From an uncultured Thermoanaerobaculia bacterium (GTDB taxonomy: Bacteria > Acidobacteriota > UBA4820 > DSQY01), in contig CAZPSH010000002.1 in NCBI GenBank assembly GCA_964589625.1, positions 68,469 to 132,468 of the forward strand: a stretch of DNA of 64,000 nucleotides, given 5' to 3'. The notes beneath the pieces are model-generated. The model was given only the letters and a program-made list of their open reading frames with translations. It searched no databases and had not been told where the DNA came from. Below, piece after piece: positions 1 to 9,295 of the stretch. Numbering within the stretch: position 1 is the stretch's first letter; each line of letters opens with the position of its first letter. A program made the translations under genes and the position numbers.

Positions 1-1173
1 GGGACTCTGGACTTCATGAGCGGGAGGTACGGCCGTTCCCTGGCCTGGCTCGTCCTGGCCACGGCGGCCTCCCTCGGACTCCACGCCCTGCGCCGAGAGG
101 AGGGGCCGGGCCTTCGATGGGCCGCGGCGATTGCAGGCACGGCCTGGCTCGTGGTGGGCCTCGCCGTCTCGCCGCCTTCCCCGGCCCTCGCCGAGATTCG
201 CCACTGGGTCCCCCTGGCGGGGCCCACGCCGGCGCAGAGCGCCTCCTTTCTGGCCCTCGGGGCGGCGGGCCTGCTCCTCCTGTGCCTCCCGCGCTCCTGG
301 GTCTCGAGCCCCTTTCGTGCCGGCCTTCTGGGCGCGGCGCTTCTGGCCCCGGTGCTCTCCTACCACGCGGCCTTCGACGTCTACTGGAACCGCTCCGATC
401 CCCGTCCCTCGAGCGAAGTTCGACAGGCGGCTTCCTTCGGGCGGGTGTGGCTGCCCCATGCGGGGAAATGGAAGTCGTTTCCACCCAATCTCGGCTCCGC
501 CTTCGGCGTGCGGGACGTTCGCCTCTGCGACCCCTTCGTTCCCGAGCGCCTCGCGGCTTTGGAGTGGCCACGCGAGACCCACCAGGACCTGTTTGAAGCG
601 TGGGACCCAGAGAGGGCCCGTTTCGTGGGCGTGGCGGCGGCGCTCCGGCTGGACCCGGTCACGGCCGCAGGCGGACCGGGGATGTCGGTCGTGCCGATCC
701 CCGGCGGCGGGCGGGTCCGATTCGCCCACAGGGCCACCGCCGCCGCCTCCGCCGGGGACGCTCTGGCCGCCGCCCGTGGACCGGAGGGCGAGCCGGGGGC
801 CGTCTGCCTGGAGGGGACGGCCGCCGAAGTAAAAGGAACGGGCGGTTCTTCGGAGGGGGAGGCGGGGATCCGCCTCGAGGAGGAAACGGCCCTCACCCAG
901 AGGTGGACCGTGGCGGCGCCCCTTTCCGGATGGCTGGTGGTGAAGGACCTCTACTGGCCCGGCTGGCGAGCCACGGTGGACGGAAGGGCCGTGCCGATCC
1001 ATGCCGCCGACGGACTCTTCCGGGCCGTGGCCGTGCCCGCCGGGAGCCATGAGGTTCGGTTCTCCTTCCGGCCCGCTTCGTTCCTCATGGGGGTTCTCGT
1101 CACGCTTCTGACGGCCTTCCTCCTGGCATGGGGGGGCCGGACAAGGGGCGGGGGCTGGAGGGCTAAAGGTTGA
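1..1173 (+). CDS. YfhO-like polytopic membrane protein, C-terminal part (gene continues upstream of window); putative GT-C-type glycosyltransferase
   Basis: ORF 16..1173 has no plausible N-terminus; C-terminal motif [42 protein letters not shown] followed by final TM helix is characteristic of YfhO-family C-termini; hydrophobic helices throughout. Confidence 0.55.
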   Translation, partial: GTLDFMSGRYGRSLAWLVLATAASLGLHALRREEGPGLRWAAAIAGTAWLVVGLAVSPPSPALAEIRHWVPLAGPTPAQSASFLALGAAGLLLLCLPRSWVSSPFRAGLLGAALLAPVLSYHAAFDVYWNRSDPRPSSEVRQAASFGRVWLPHAGKWKSFPPNLGSAFGVRDVRLCDPFVPERLAALEWPRETHQDLFEAWDPERARFVGVAAALRLDPVTAAGGPGMSVVPIPGGGRVRFAHRATAAASAGDALAAARGPEGEPGAVCLEGTAAEVKGTGGSSEGEAGIRLEEETALTQRWTVAAPLSGWLVVKDLYWPGWRATVDGRAVPIHAADGLFRAVAVPAGSHEVRFSFRPASFLMGVLVTLLTAFLLAWGGRTRGGGWRAKG

Positions 1174-2813
1174 TCGGCCTGCGCGGTTTTGACGAATTGT
1201 CCAATAGCGGGACGTCGCCGGGACGCTTTCGCGGGGGCCTCCTGGCCGCCGGCGCCCTTCTCCTGGCTCTCGGCTTCCTCTTGCCCCTGGTCAGCCCGGT
1301 GGTGACCCCGCCCAAGTGGGATGAATACATCATCGTCTACGACGCCCAGAGGGTCCTCGAGGGACAGGTTCCCTACCGCGACTTCTTCAATTTCATCCCC
1401 CCGGGGACGTTTTTCGCCCTCCGATGGGTCTTCGAGGCCTCCGGAGGCGCCTCCATCACCGCCGCCCGGTACGCCTCACTGGTCCTGGTTCTTCTCAACG
1501 CCGGGCTCTTCGCGGCGGCCTTCCGGAGGACCGGCTGGACCCTACCCCAGGCGCTCCTCCTGGCCCTCCTGTACCCGGTGGGCCTGTACCCCTTCTGGCC
1601 CATCGCCTCCCACCATTGGCTGGTGCACCTCTTCTGTGCCGGATTCCTGCTGGCCGCCGCGGCGAGGGCCTCCGGGCCGGGTCTCGGGCGGGCCGTCCTC
1701 CTCGGCCTGGCCGCGGGGTTTGCGGGAAGCGTCCTCCAGACGGAGGCTTTGTACCTCTGCGCCGCGGGGGGGGTGCTCCTCCTGCTGGAAGAAGGGAGCG
1801 AACACCGTCCCAAACGGCTGGCCGCCTTCGGGATGGGGCTCCTTCCCCCCATCGCCCTGACCCTCGGCCCGCTTGCCCTCCGCGGAGCCGGAATGGACTT
1901 CCTCCGGGACGTGATCCTGTGGCCGGCCCGGAACTACAGCCGGCCCGGGAGCGACAACGCCCGTCTCCTCCTCGAGGACCTTCCGATCCGGCTGCAGTCC
2001 ATGTGGACTTCGGGGCTCGATCCGCGGGGTGGAATCCCGGGCCCCTTCGTGGCGGCCTCGGGAACCCTCTTCTACCTCCTGCTTCTCTCGGCGGCGGGGG
2101 CGCTCCTCGCCTCGGCCGGATTCGTTCTCTGGACGACCCTTCACCGCCGGCGGGCGCCCGCGCCCATCGCCCTGGCGGCCTGCCTGGTGACCTTCCTGGC
2201 CTTCGGTTTGTACCTGAAGGGACGTCCGGACTGGCTTCGAATGATCTACCTCCTCCCCCTACTTGGAGGAGTCTGGCTCCTGGCGGCGGGAGGCTCGGGC
2301 GAGGGCGGGGCCCGGACCCGGCGGATCGTGGTCGGGTGGGCGGCGCTCGCCCTCCTGTCGGGGGCGGTCTTTCAGGGGCGGTGGGTCTGGTACCACCGGG
2401 TGGAGGCGTGGGAACTGAGGGACGCGGACCGGCCCATACGGGAGAGCCCCGTAAACCGTTGGCTCCGAGGGGAGGCGGGCCTGGGGCCGGGAGATCGGAT
2501 CGCCGCCTTTCCCGAGGGCGGGGAAGTGTACCTGTACACCTTCCCCGCGGCGGTGCGCTTCACCTTCTTCACCCCCCTCTCCGAGGGGTACCACGATGCG
2601 GCCGACCACGGGCGGGCGGCTCGGGAGATGGAGGAGGCCCGTTGCGCGCTGGTGCTTGTGACCGAGGAGATGGAGAAGGACTACCTGGACCCGGCCTCGG
2701 CCGTGGGCCGGCTTCTTCGGACCCGCTATGAGCGGGAGGGCACCGTGGCCGGAGCGACTATTTACAAACGCTCGATTTCACCTCAACCCGAACCCCCTCG
2801 CCCCGAACCCTGA
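1170..2813 (+). CDS. polytopic integral membrane protein, paralog of 5910..7455 (GT-C-like / putative polyprenyl-P-sugar dependent glycosyltransferase)
   Basis: 547 aa, >10 predicted TM helices; N-terminal periplasmic-loop motif [16 protein letters not shown] matches VPYADFFAIIPPLTLY of the 5910..7455 product; start overlaps upstream stop (ATGA-type coupling). Confidence 0.55.
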   Translation: MIGLRGFDELSNSGTSPGRFRGGLLAAGALLLALGFLLPLVSPVVTPPKWDEYIIVYDAQRVLEGQVPYRDFFNFIPPGTFFALRWVFEASGGASITAARYASLVLVLLNAGLFAAAFRRTGWTLPQALLLALLYPVGLYPFWPIASHHWLVHLFCAGFLLAAAARASGPGLGRAVLLGLAAGFAGSVLQTEALYLCAAGGVLLLLEEGSEHRPKRLAAFGMGLLPPIALTLGPLALRGAGMDFLRDVILWPARNYSRPGSDNARLLLEDLPIRLQSMWTSGLDPRGGIPGPFVAASGTLFYLLLLSAAGALLASAGFVLWTTLHRRRAPAPIALAACLVTFLAFGLYLKGRPDWLRMIYLLPLLGGVWLLAAGGSGEGGARTRRIVVGWAALALLSGAVFQGRWVWYHRVEAWELRDADRPIRESPVNRWLRGEAGLGPGDRIAAFPEGGEVYLYTFPAAVRFTFFTPLSEGYHDAADHGRAAREMEEARCALVLVTEEMEKDYLDPASAVGRLLRTRYEREGTVAGATIYKRSISPQPEPPRPEP

Positions 2814-4119
2814 GCCCCTTGGGCAGGGCCCCGGTGAATGTCACGGGTCGGTCCTGGACTGGTGCGACAAGGGTCGAGTATTGGACCACGCTCACACACT
2901 CCAAGGACACGTTGGCAGGCTCCCTTCGAGAAGGCTCCAGGACGATATCGAGGGAATAGACGGGCTCATCGTCCATGGTCGCAAAAAGGCGATCCAGGAC
3001 CACCGAGTACGCCCGGTTTTCCTCCATGAGAAAGGACGTGGATCGGGGCCCTGCCGTCGCACGCAGACGAAGGGGGGCCCCGGTCCGCACCTCCGCCTTC
3101 AACGTGGCCGCCACAATGGGGAAGCAGGACTCCACACGCCCTCCCGCTGTCGGAAGGGGGGTGTGCAGCCATCCGTTTCGATAGAAGCGGGGCGGATCGT
3201 GCCGCCCCGCGAAGAGAAAATGGCCTGTCTGCCCGTCGCCGAGGATCCACTCCTCCCCAGGACGGAGGCGCTGGGACAGGATCGTATCGAGCACATAACC
3301 CGGATCGTATTGGTAGAAATGGCGGGAGTGGGTCGGTGTAAACGAGTGAAAGGAGGGCATTCGGTGGGCCCATTGGGCGTAATGGGGGGCGGCCACGGCG
3401 TTCGCAAGCAGCGTGGGGTCCCTCGCCAGGTCTTCGGCGGAGCAAATCTCCTTGGGGTCTCCACGGTGGTAGTACACGCCGCAATCGGGGTCGAACATTC
3501 GCCATCTTCCCCTGACAAGGACCTCGCCGACGGAGTGATCGTTTACGTGGACCACCCGGGAGCGAAGGCCCATCCGCCCGCAGAGTCCAGCGAAAACGGA
3601 GGCGGCGTCAGAGCACAGCCCCCCACCGTACACCGCCAAGTGCTTTGGAACATCTCTGATTTCCCTGGTGGGCAGTGTGGAATACCAGTGGGTTCTCGCC
3701 CCGCACAGGAAGGACCAGATCCGGACGGCCCTGGCCAAGGGGTCTGATGGAAGATCGAGGGAGGCCAAAAGAGCGTCCGCCGACTCCCAACGCACGCTCG
3801 TCCGAAACGGCGGAACCCACAGGGGCTCCGAGCCCTCGTTCTTGAGCCGGAGGGTCCTCGTCGTCGGTGTTGGGGCATTTCGATGACGGTAGGCCTCCGC
3901 TTCCATGAAAGCCAGTAGGTCCATCAGCCGCGTGGTGTCTCCGGCCGGCATGAAACCCAGGCCGCGGACTCTGTGGATTTCTTCAATGAGCCGGCGGTCG
4001 GCTTGATTCAAACAAAAGGGCTTCAGGGGTTCCTCGTAGGGCGCGGGACCATTCCGTCGAATGGCGTTGCCCGCGAGCAACAGGGTAAGAATACTCGCGA
4101 GAGACCAGCCCACCATGGC
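2758..4119 (-). CDS. transglutaminase-like cysteine protease domain protein (N-terminal signal/TM anchor)
   Basis: Internal start MVGWSLASILTLLLAGNA (hydrophobic) chosen over upstream Arg-rich leader; core YGGGLCSDAASVFAGLCGRMGLRSRVVHVNDHSVGEVLVRGRWRMFDPD gives Cys...His...Asp transglutaminase-like triad spacing. Confidence 0.6.
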   Translation of the reverse strand, partial: AMVGWSLASILTLLLAGNAIRRNGPAPYEEPLKPFCLNQADRRLIEEIHRVRGLGFMPAGDTTRLMDLLAFMEAEAYRHRNAPTPTTRTLRLKNEGSEPLWVPPFRTSVRWESADALLASLDLPSDPLARAVRIWSFLCGARTHWYSTLPTREIRDVPKHLAVYGGGLCSDAASVFAGLCGRMGLRSRVVHVNDHSVGEVLVRGRWRMFDPDCGVYYHRGDPKEICSAEDLARDPTLLANAVAAPHYAQWAHRMPSFHSFTPTHSRHFYQYDPGYVLDTILSQRLRPGEEWILGDGQTGHFLFAGRHDPPRFYRNGWLHTPLPTAGGRVESCFPIVAATLKAEVRTGAPLRLRATAGPRSTSFLMEENRAYSVVLDRLFATMDDEPVYSLDIVLEPSRREPANVSLECVSVVQYSTLVAPVQDRPVTFTGALPKGLRVRGEGVRVEVKSSVCK

Positions 4120-4256
4120 GAAGTTTTGCCGCACGCTCCCTCCCGTTTTCCTTTTACCACGAGGGAGGTTCGGAAAGGGATATCGCAAAGCCTGAGGGCG
4201 GCTGGGGGCCCAGCCGGCGCCGTTCTTCCTCCTCTCCGTTGCGATAACGGGCCACA

Positions 4257-4286
4257 AAGGCAAAAGGCCCCCATTGCCGGGGGCCT
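4257..4286 (-). terminator. rho-independent terminator downstream of pilA
   Basis: Minus strand reads GGCCCCCGGCAATGGGGGCC (7-bp GC stem, 6-nt loop) followed by TTTTGCCTTT immediately 3' of pilin stop. Confidence 0.6.
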
Positions 4287-4311
4287 CTCGCGGAAAGAAC
4301 CGTGTTCAGGA

Positions 4312-4812
4312 TCAGTCGCACTTCTTCTGCTTGCCTTCGGGCTTCATGACGAAGGCGTCGTTGACCCAGACGATGTCGTTCTCGAAGCAGTTCGTATTCA
4401 CCACGGACAGGTTGACGACGGTGGTCCAGCCCGAACCATCCTCGGCCGTGTCCTTGCCGAGGGAGCGCACGCCGAAGTCCACGCCGCCGGAGGCAGAGGC
4501 ATACTCGTAGGTCTTGTTCCAGGGGTCCGGGGTGGGGATGGACTTGATGTAGTCAGGAGCCAGGTCGCCGTTGACGCCGCCCGTGGCGTTGGCGATGACG
4601 GCAAACGTGGTGCTGCCTATGGGATAGATCTGGGCGTCGGTTGCGTAGGACTGGGCCGCCGTGGCGATGGTGCGGACCTCACCCATGGCCCTCTTCTGCT
4701 TGGCGCGCTGGATGGCGCTCAGCAGGTTCGGGATGGCGATGGCGGCGATGATGCCGATGATCGCCACGACGATGAGCAGCTCGATGAGGGTAAAACCTTT
4801 CTGGTTCTTCAA
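4312..4812 (-). CDS. pilA: type IV major pilin (PilA-like, type IVa prepilin)
   Basis: TTG start preceded by GGAGG (5-nt spacer); N-terminus MKNQKGFTLIELLIVVAIIGIIAAIAIPNLL = class III leader + G|FTLIEL prepilin peptidase site + conserved hydrophobic helix; C-terminal Cys...Cys pair (D-region); longer ORF upstream of TTG is Arg/Cys-rich junk. Confidence 0.85.
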   Translation of the reverse strand: MKNQKGFTLIELLIVVAIIGIIAAIAIPNLLSAIQRAKQKRAMGEVRTIATAAQSYATDAQIYPIGSTTFAVIANATGGVNGDLAPDYIKSIPTPDPWNKTYEYASASGGVDFGVRSLGKDTAEDGSGWTTVVNLSVVNTNCFENDIVWVNDAFVMKPEGKQKKCD

Positions 4813-4841
4813 TGGACACCTCCTTTCCGGCATTCCATGTT

Positions 4842-4858
4842 TGCAATCGTAATGCCAA
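4842..4858 (-). promoter_or_regulatory. sigma-54 (-24/-12) promoter for pilA
   Basis: Minus strand TTGGCATTACGATTGCA = TGGCAT-N5-TTGCA, near-perfect match to TGGCAC-N5-TTGCA consensus, ~30 nt upstream of pilA TTG start. Confidence 0.65.
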
Positions 4859-4919
4859 CATATAGCCCTTGATTTTCCAGGTGTCAACCCCCCTCGTGTG
4901 CCCGCCGTTGTCCGGAGGC

Positions 4920-4938
4920 GGTGACGGACGTTGTCACC
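4920..4938 (-). promoter_or_regulatory. inverted repeat GGTGAC-N7-GTCACC, candidate enhancer-binding-protein (PilR-like) upstream activating site
   Basis: Perfect 6-bp inverted repeat ~65-80 bp upstream of the sigma-54 promoter; overlaps stop of methyltransferase gene. Confidence 0.3.
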
Positions 4939-5929
4939 CGGCCCCGTTTCGACGATCCGCCTTCCTGGCCACGACGTTCCAGGAATTCCGGTTGTGCCAG
5001 CGGAACCGCACCTCTTCGGGCGCCAAGGCGCCGAACCAGCCCTCCAGGGTCGGGCGGGAAAGGTACAGGGCGATGGGAGGGCAGAGGTGGTCCAGGACGA
5101 TGTGCTCCACCTCCCGCAGGGGGAAGCGCGAGATGTAGCCGAGGTACGCCGAATAGGGGAGCCAGGAAACGCTCCGGGCCCCCCGGCCCGTGGCCGGGCC
5201 GTAGAGGAGTTTGAGGGCCCCGTAGAGCACGGCCGTGAGGGGGAGGAGGAGGGGCCTCAAGACCTTGGTGGGGATCCGGGAGGTGATGCCCTTTCGGATC
5301 GGGTCCACGAGGTGGACGATCCAGCCGTTGCCCTCCCGGGCGTACACCCAGAGGCAAAGCGTCCCCCCGGGACGCAGAACCCGCCAGAGGTCGCGCAGGC
5401 CCGCCTCGGGGTCCCTCAGGTGGTGCAGAACGCCGAGGCAGACCACCACGTCCACGGAGGCATCCGGCAACGGAAGGCGATGGATGTCCCCCCGCAGGCA
5501 GGAAACCGCCGGAAAGGCCTTGGTGTACTCGGCGGCGAGAAAGACGGCCTCCGAGAGGTCCAAGGCAAAGAGGCGCCGCACGCCGTACCCCGCCATGTGA
5601 AAGGAATGGCGGCCTTTTCCGCAGCCGGCCTCCAGGACCGTCTGGTCCCGGAAGGCCCCGGCATCGAGGGGGGCGATCCAGTCCAGGAACTGGCGCTCCT
5701 GGTAGGGGGCGAGGTATTCGTGGGAGGTCCAGGAGGCGCCGAACTGGTCGACGGTCTCCCGGGTCTCCAGGGCCGTTTCCTTCGGGGCCACGTCGAGGAC
5801 CCCGTTGAGGAGAGGGAAACGGCGCCCGCAGGAGACGCACCGGACCTCCTCCGGCACGGCGCCGGCCTCGAGGGGGGTGGGTGGACCGCAGTCCGGGCAG
5901 CACAGGGTCTCAGGGGGCGGAAGGGCCAT
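4934..5929 (-). CDS. class I SAM-dependent methyltransferase with N-terminal Zn-ribbon (Trm112-like CxxC...CxxC)
   Basis: N-term CCPDCGPP...CVSCGRRF zinc ribbon; motif I LEAGCGKGRHS, motif post-I ALDLSE, DVVVCLGVLHHL; overlaps upstream gene by 20 nt. Confidence 0.75.
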   Translation of the reverse strand: MALPPPETLCCPDCGPPTPLEAGAVPEEVRCVSCGRRFPLLNGVLDVAPKETALETRETVDQFGASWTSHEYLAPYQERQFLDWIAPLDAGAFRDQTVLEAGCGKGRHSFHMAGYGVRRLFALDLSEAVFLAAEYTKAFPAVSCLRGDIHRLPLPDASVDVVVCLGVLHHLRDPEAGLRDLWRVLRPGGTLCLWVYAREGNGWIVHLVDPIRKGITSRIPTKVLRPLLLPLTAVLYGALKLLYGPATGRGARSVSWLPYSAYLGYISRFPLREVEHIVLDHLCPPIALYLSRPTLEGWFGALAPEEVRFRWHNRNSWNVVARKADRRNGAG

Positions 5930-7455
5930 GACCGTTCCTTTCGAGGACCACGCCGTAGGGAGTGTCGCTCAGAAAGCGGTACTCCTCGGCCAGGAGGGTC
6001 GCGAGGGGAGAGGGCTCCTCCCGGAAGGAGGCCGCCTCCTCGCGCCTCAGGACGATGTAGCGGACCCGGTGCTCCCGCGCGAAGGTGGCCAGCACCTCGT
6101 ACTCCCATGGGGAATTGTACCGCGCCGACGGGGGAAGCACCCAATCCATGGGAGGAGCCACGGGCGCCCAATAGAAGTAGAGCGTGCTCCCGTCCCGGGC
6201 GAGGTACAGGACCGGCAGGTTCCCTTCGCGGACCCCGGGGAGCGCGTCCACGAGGGCGGGGACGCTGTACTTCTTGAGCATGCCGTCCACGGCCCACACG
6301 TCGAGGGCGTTGGGCGGGGCGGAGACCCACGCGAGGGGCCACCGCAGGAGCCCCACGGCGAGGACCGCGCACAGCCAGACCTGGAGGAGGAGGGGGCGCA
6401 GGCGCTCCTCCTTCCAATCCACCGCGGCGGCGGCGAACAGGAGGAGGATGGGGCTGAGCAAGACGAGGTGGGTCCAGTCCGGACGCCCCTTCAGGAAGAG
6501 GGCGAAGGTGAGGGCCAGGGCCGCCGAGGAGTAGGCCCAACGGCGCGTCAACACGCCCAGCCTCCACTCGGGGGCGAGGGCCGGCCAAAGGAGGGCCAGG
6601 AGGGGAAGGGCCATGGCCACGGCCAGTGTCAACAGGGGGGCTGCGGAGGAGGGGGTCCAAACGTCGGGAACGGCGGTGCGGACGATCCGTTCCATGAACT
6701 CGAAGGGGTTGACGTTATTGAACCCCCCGGTCTGCTTGTAGAAGCGGGCGGGCCACTCCACGAGGTCGAACCAAGCCCACCGCAGGGCGCCCGACAGGGC
6801 CAGGAGCCCCCCGAAGAGCGCGAGGGGCAGGGCGGTGCCGCCCAGTGCGGCGGCGAGGGACCTCCGCCGGTCCCTGCCCGGGGCTCCGGAGGTCAGGAGC
6901 CTCATCGCGAGGAGGGCCGAAAAGAGGGCGCCGTCGGTCTGGAGGCAGAGGCCCGAGAGCCCGCAGAGGGCTCCCGCGGCCACCGCCCGGCGCCGGGACA
7001 CGTCGCCCTCCGGGCACAGGAAGAGGGCCAGGAGTCCGAATTCCAGGGCGAACCAGTGGTGGCTCGGGAGGGGCCAGAAGGGAAAGAAGGCCGAGGGGAA
7101 GGAGAGGGCTCCCAGGAAGGCCCACCGCGGGGGCACGGCGGCCCGCAGGAGGAGTCCGTACTGGGTGAGGGCGATGAGGAGGATCCAGGCCAGGGTGAGG
7201 AGGCGGAGGGCGCCGAGGGAGGCTCCGGCGGCCTTGAAGAAGGTCCCGACGCCGTAGAGGGTCAGGGGGGGAATGATGGCAAAGAAATCCGCGTAGGGCA
7301 CACGGCCGAGGGAGACCTGCTTGGCGGCCCAGGCCAGCGTCGTCTCGTCGGCCTGGACCGGGAAATAGCCGGCCGAAAGGGCCGTCTCCAGGATCAGGAA
7401 GGAGGCGGCAAGGAGCAGGGCGCCCAGGAGCGCGGGTTCGCGCGTCCGGATCATT
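5910..7455 (-). CDS. polytopic integral membrane protein (GT-C-like), paralog of 1170..2813
   Basis: Real start MIRTREPALLGALLLAASFLIL at 7455 (ATG overlaps TGA of upstream gene: ATGA); the 1042-aa ORF 5910..9038 is frame-extended through the neighbouring gene (different frame); many TM helices, conserved VPYADFFAIIPP loop. Confidence 0.6.
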
Positions 7456-9187
7456 CCCGGCCCTCCAGTTCCGCCAAGGCCTTGTCCAGCACGTCCCGGC
7501 GGCGGAAGTACGGGTCCTCCGCGATCTTGCGCAAGATGTCGGCCCGAAGGGCCCCGGGGTCCAGGTCTCCTCGCTTCGCCGCCCGCATGAGGTGGGGGAG
7601 GTCGTCGGGCCGGAGCACGCGGTACTCGAATCGGTCGATCAGGGCCTCGAACCGGGGCTCCCTCTTCAGGAGCACCATCCCGTAGTTTCCGAAGTGCACG
7701 AGGGCCCACTCCCCTTGAGGGAAGAGCAGGGCCGTGGGTCCCCGCAGGGGGCTGCCCCGCTGGCCCGCCCGCTCCTTCAGCAGGAAGCCGGGGTGGGGGT
7801 AGAGGATCACATCGAAGGGGTACCGGGCCAGGAATTCCCGGTACTCGGCCAGGGTGTTGTGGGCCTTCCAGTAGGCCTGAAGGTCCTTGGCGAAGGGGTA
7901 GTAGCGCCCGTCCATGAAGATCCGGCACCGGGGGGCGATGGCCCAATCCAGGTAACCCCCCGCCACGTACTCGTTGAAGAGGTTGCCGGTGACGCCGTGC
8001 TGGTTGAGGAACCTCACTTCCTGGACCGGGTACTTCTCCGAGAGGTTCCACTCCGAGGGCATGGCCCCCGCAAAGAAGACCGCCGCCCACAGGACGGAGG
8101 CGAAGGCCGCCGACCAGGCCCACCGCTCGAGGGCCGGCCTGCGGAGAAGGCGCCTCAGGCCGTCGGCTCCCCAGGGGGCCAGCGCGATCACCGTGAAGGC
8201 GGCGTAGCGGGCCCAATACCCGCCGAGGAAGGCCTGGGAGGCGGCGGGAAGGACCACGGACCACCTCGCCTCCCGCCATCGGGCCAGAAGCGAGAAGAGG
8301 ACCAGAAGAAGGGCCAGGAGAAAGAGGGCGCCGTAGCCCTTGAAGGGCGTGCGGCCCCACTCCTGGATCTGGACCAGGGTCTCGTCGGCGAACCCGATGA
8401 GGGACTTCACGGGGAACCAGGGGATGCGCCAAGTGTAGGGATTCAGGAAGAGGGCCAGGGTGGGCGCAAGCCCCGTCCAGACAAGCCCGCCGAAGTAGCG
8501 CCACGTGAGGGTGCGCTCCCGCGCGGCGTCGAAGACCTCGCCGGCGAGCCGGGCGCCCAGGAGGGCCATTCCGAAGGCCCACCCGCCGTGGAACTGGGTC
8601 CAGGCCCAGAGGAGGGCCGTCGCGACGATCCAGAATCGGCCCGTGCGCGGGGGATCGGGACGCCAGCGCAGGAGGGCCTCCACGAGGAGGGCCATGAAGA
8701 GGAGGGAGAAGAGGTCCGGCCGGAACCGGATCCGGCCCTTGTACGCCAGCATCATGGGAAGGAGGTACAGGGCGAAGAGGGCGGCGTTTCCCCCCTGAAG
8801 GCGTACGGTCCGGTACACGAGGAGGAGGACGGCGGCGCCGAAGAGAGCCGTGAAGAGGCTGAGGCCCCGGTCCCCCAAGGCCTTCCAGAGGGGGTACGCG
8901 AGCGCGTGGAAGGCCCACTCCGTGTCCTCCCACTCGGCGCCGTAAGCGGTGAAAGAGAAGGTCTCGGTGTAAACGAGGCGCCCCGTCTCCCAGATTTCGC
9001 GGCCCACCGCCAGGTGCCAGAAGGTGTCGGGATCCCACAGGGGCTGGTAACAGGCCACCGCGGCCATGACGAGCACCGCCGCGAGCAGGACGTACTCCCG
9101 TCCGCGGGATCCCTCCAGGGGAGGCAGGGGAGGAAGCACCCTCGGAAGATGGAACGGCCGGGGCCTCGGGGACCCTCCCATGGTCAT
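7451..9187 (-). CDS. polytopic integral membrane protein (third GT-C/YfhO-like membrane protein of island)
   Basis: 578-aa ORF with >10 hydrophobic helices (WHLAVGREIWETGRLVYTETFSF..., multiple W/F-rich TMs) and soluble C-terminal domain; stop overlaps next start (ATGA). Confidence 0.55.
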   Translation of the reverse strand: MTMGGSPRPRPFHLPRVLPPLPPLEGSRGREYVLLAAVLVMAAVACYQPLWDPDTFWHLAVGREIWETGRLVYTETFSFTAYGAEWEDTEWAFHALAYPLWKALGDRGLSLFTALFGAAVLLLVYRTVRLQGGNAALFALYLLPMMLAYKGRIRFRPDLFSLLFMALLVEALLRWRPDPPRTGRFWIVATALLWAWTQFHGGWAFGMALLGARLAGEVFDAARERTLTWRYFGGLVWTGLAPTLALFLNPYTWRIPWFPVKSLIGFADETLVQIQEWGRTPFKGYGALFLLALLLVLFSLLARWREARWSVVLPAASQAFLGGYWARYAAFTVIALAPWGADGLRRLLRRPALERWAWSAAFASVLWAAVFFAGAMPSEWNLSEKYPVQEVRFLNQHGVTGNLFNEYVAGGYLDWAIAPRCRIFMDGRYYPFAKDLQAYWKAHNTLAEYREFLARYPFDVILYPHPGFLLKERAGQRGSPLRGPTALLFPQGEWALVHFGNYGMVLLKREPRFEALIDRFEYRVLRPDDLPHLMRAAKRGDLDPGALRADILRKIAEDPYFRRRDVLDKALAELEGRE

Positions 9188-9295
9188 TCCTCCCCCCTAC
9201 TGGGCCCGCGTGTCATCGGGCGGCTCCCGGCACGAGGTTCCGCCCCAAGCGCCCGCCGGGAGAGATGCCTTGTCCGTCGGGCCTCCCGCCGGCCG

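Noticed and set aside
5910-9038. Single 1042-aa membrane protein
   Set aside because: The N-terminal ~530 aa of this ORF are Arg/Pro-rich read-through in the wrong frame across the neighbouring real gene (7451..9187, different frame). An ATG with ATGA overlap at 7455 gives a sensible membrane-protein N-terminus.
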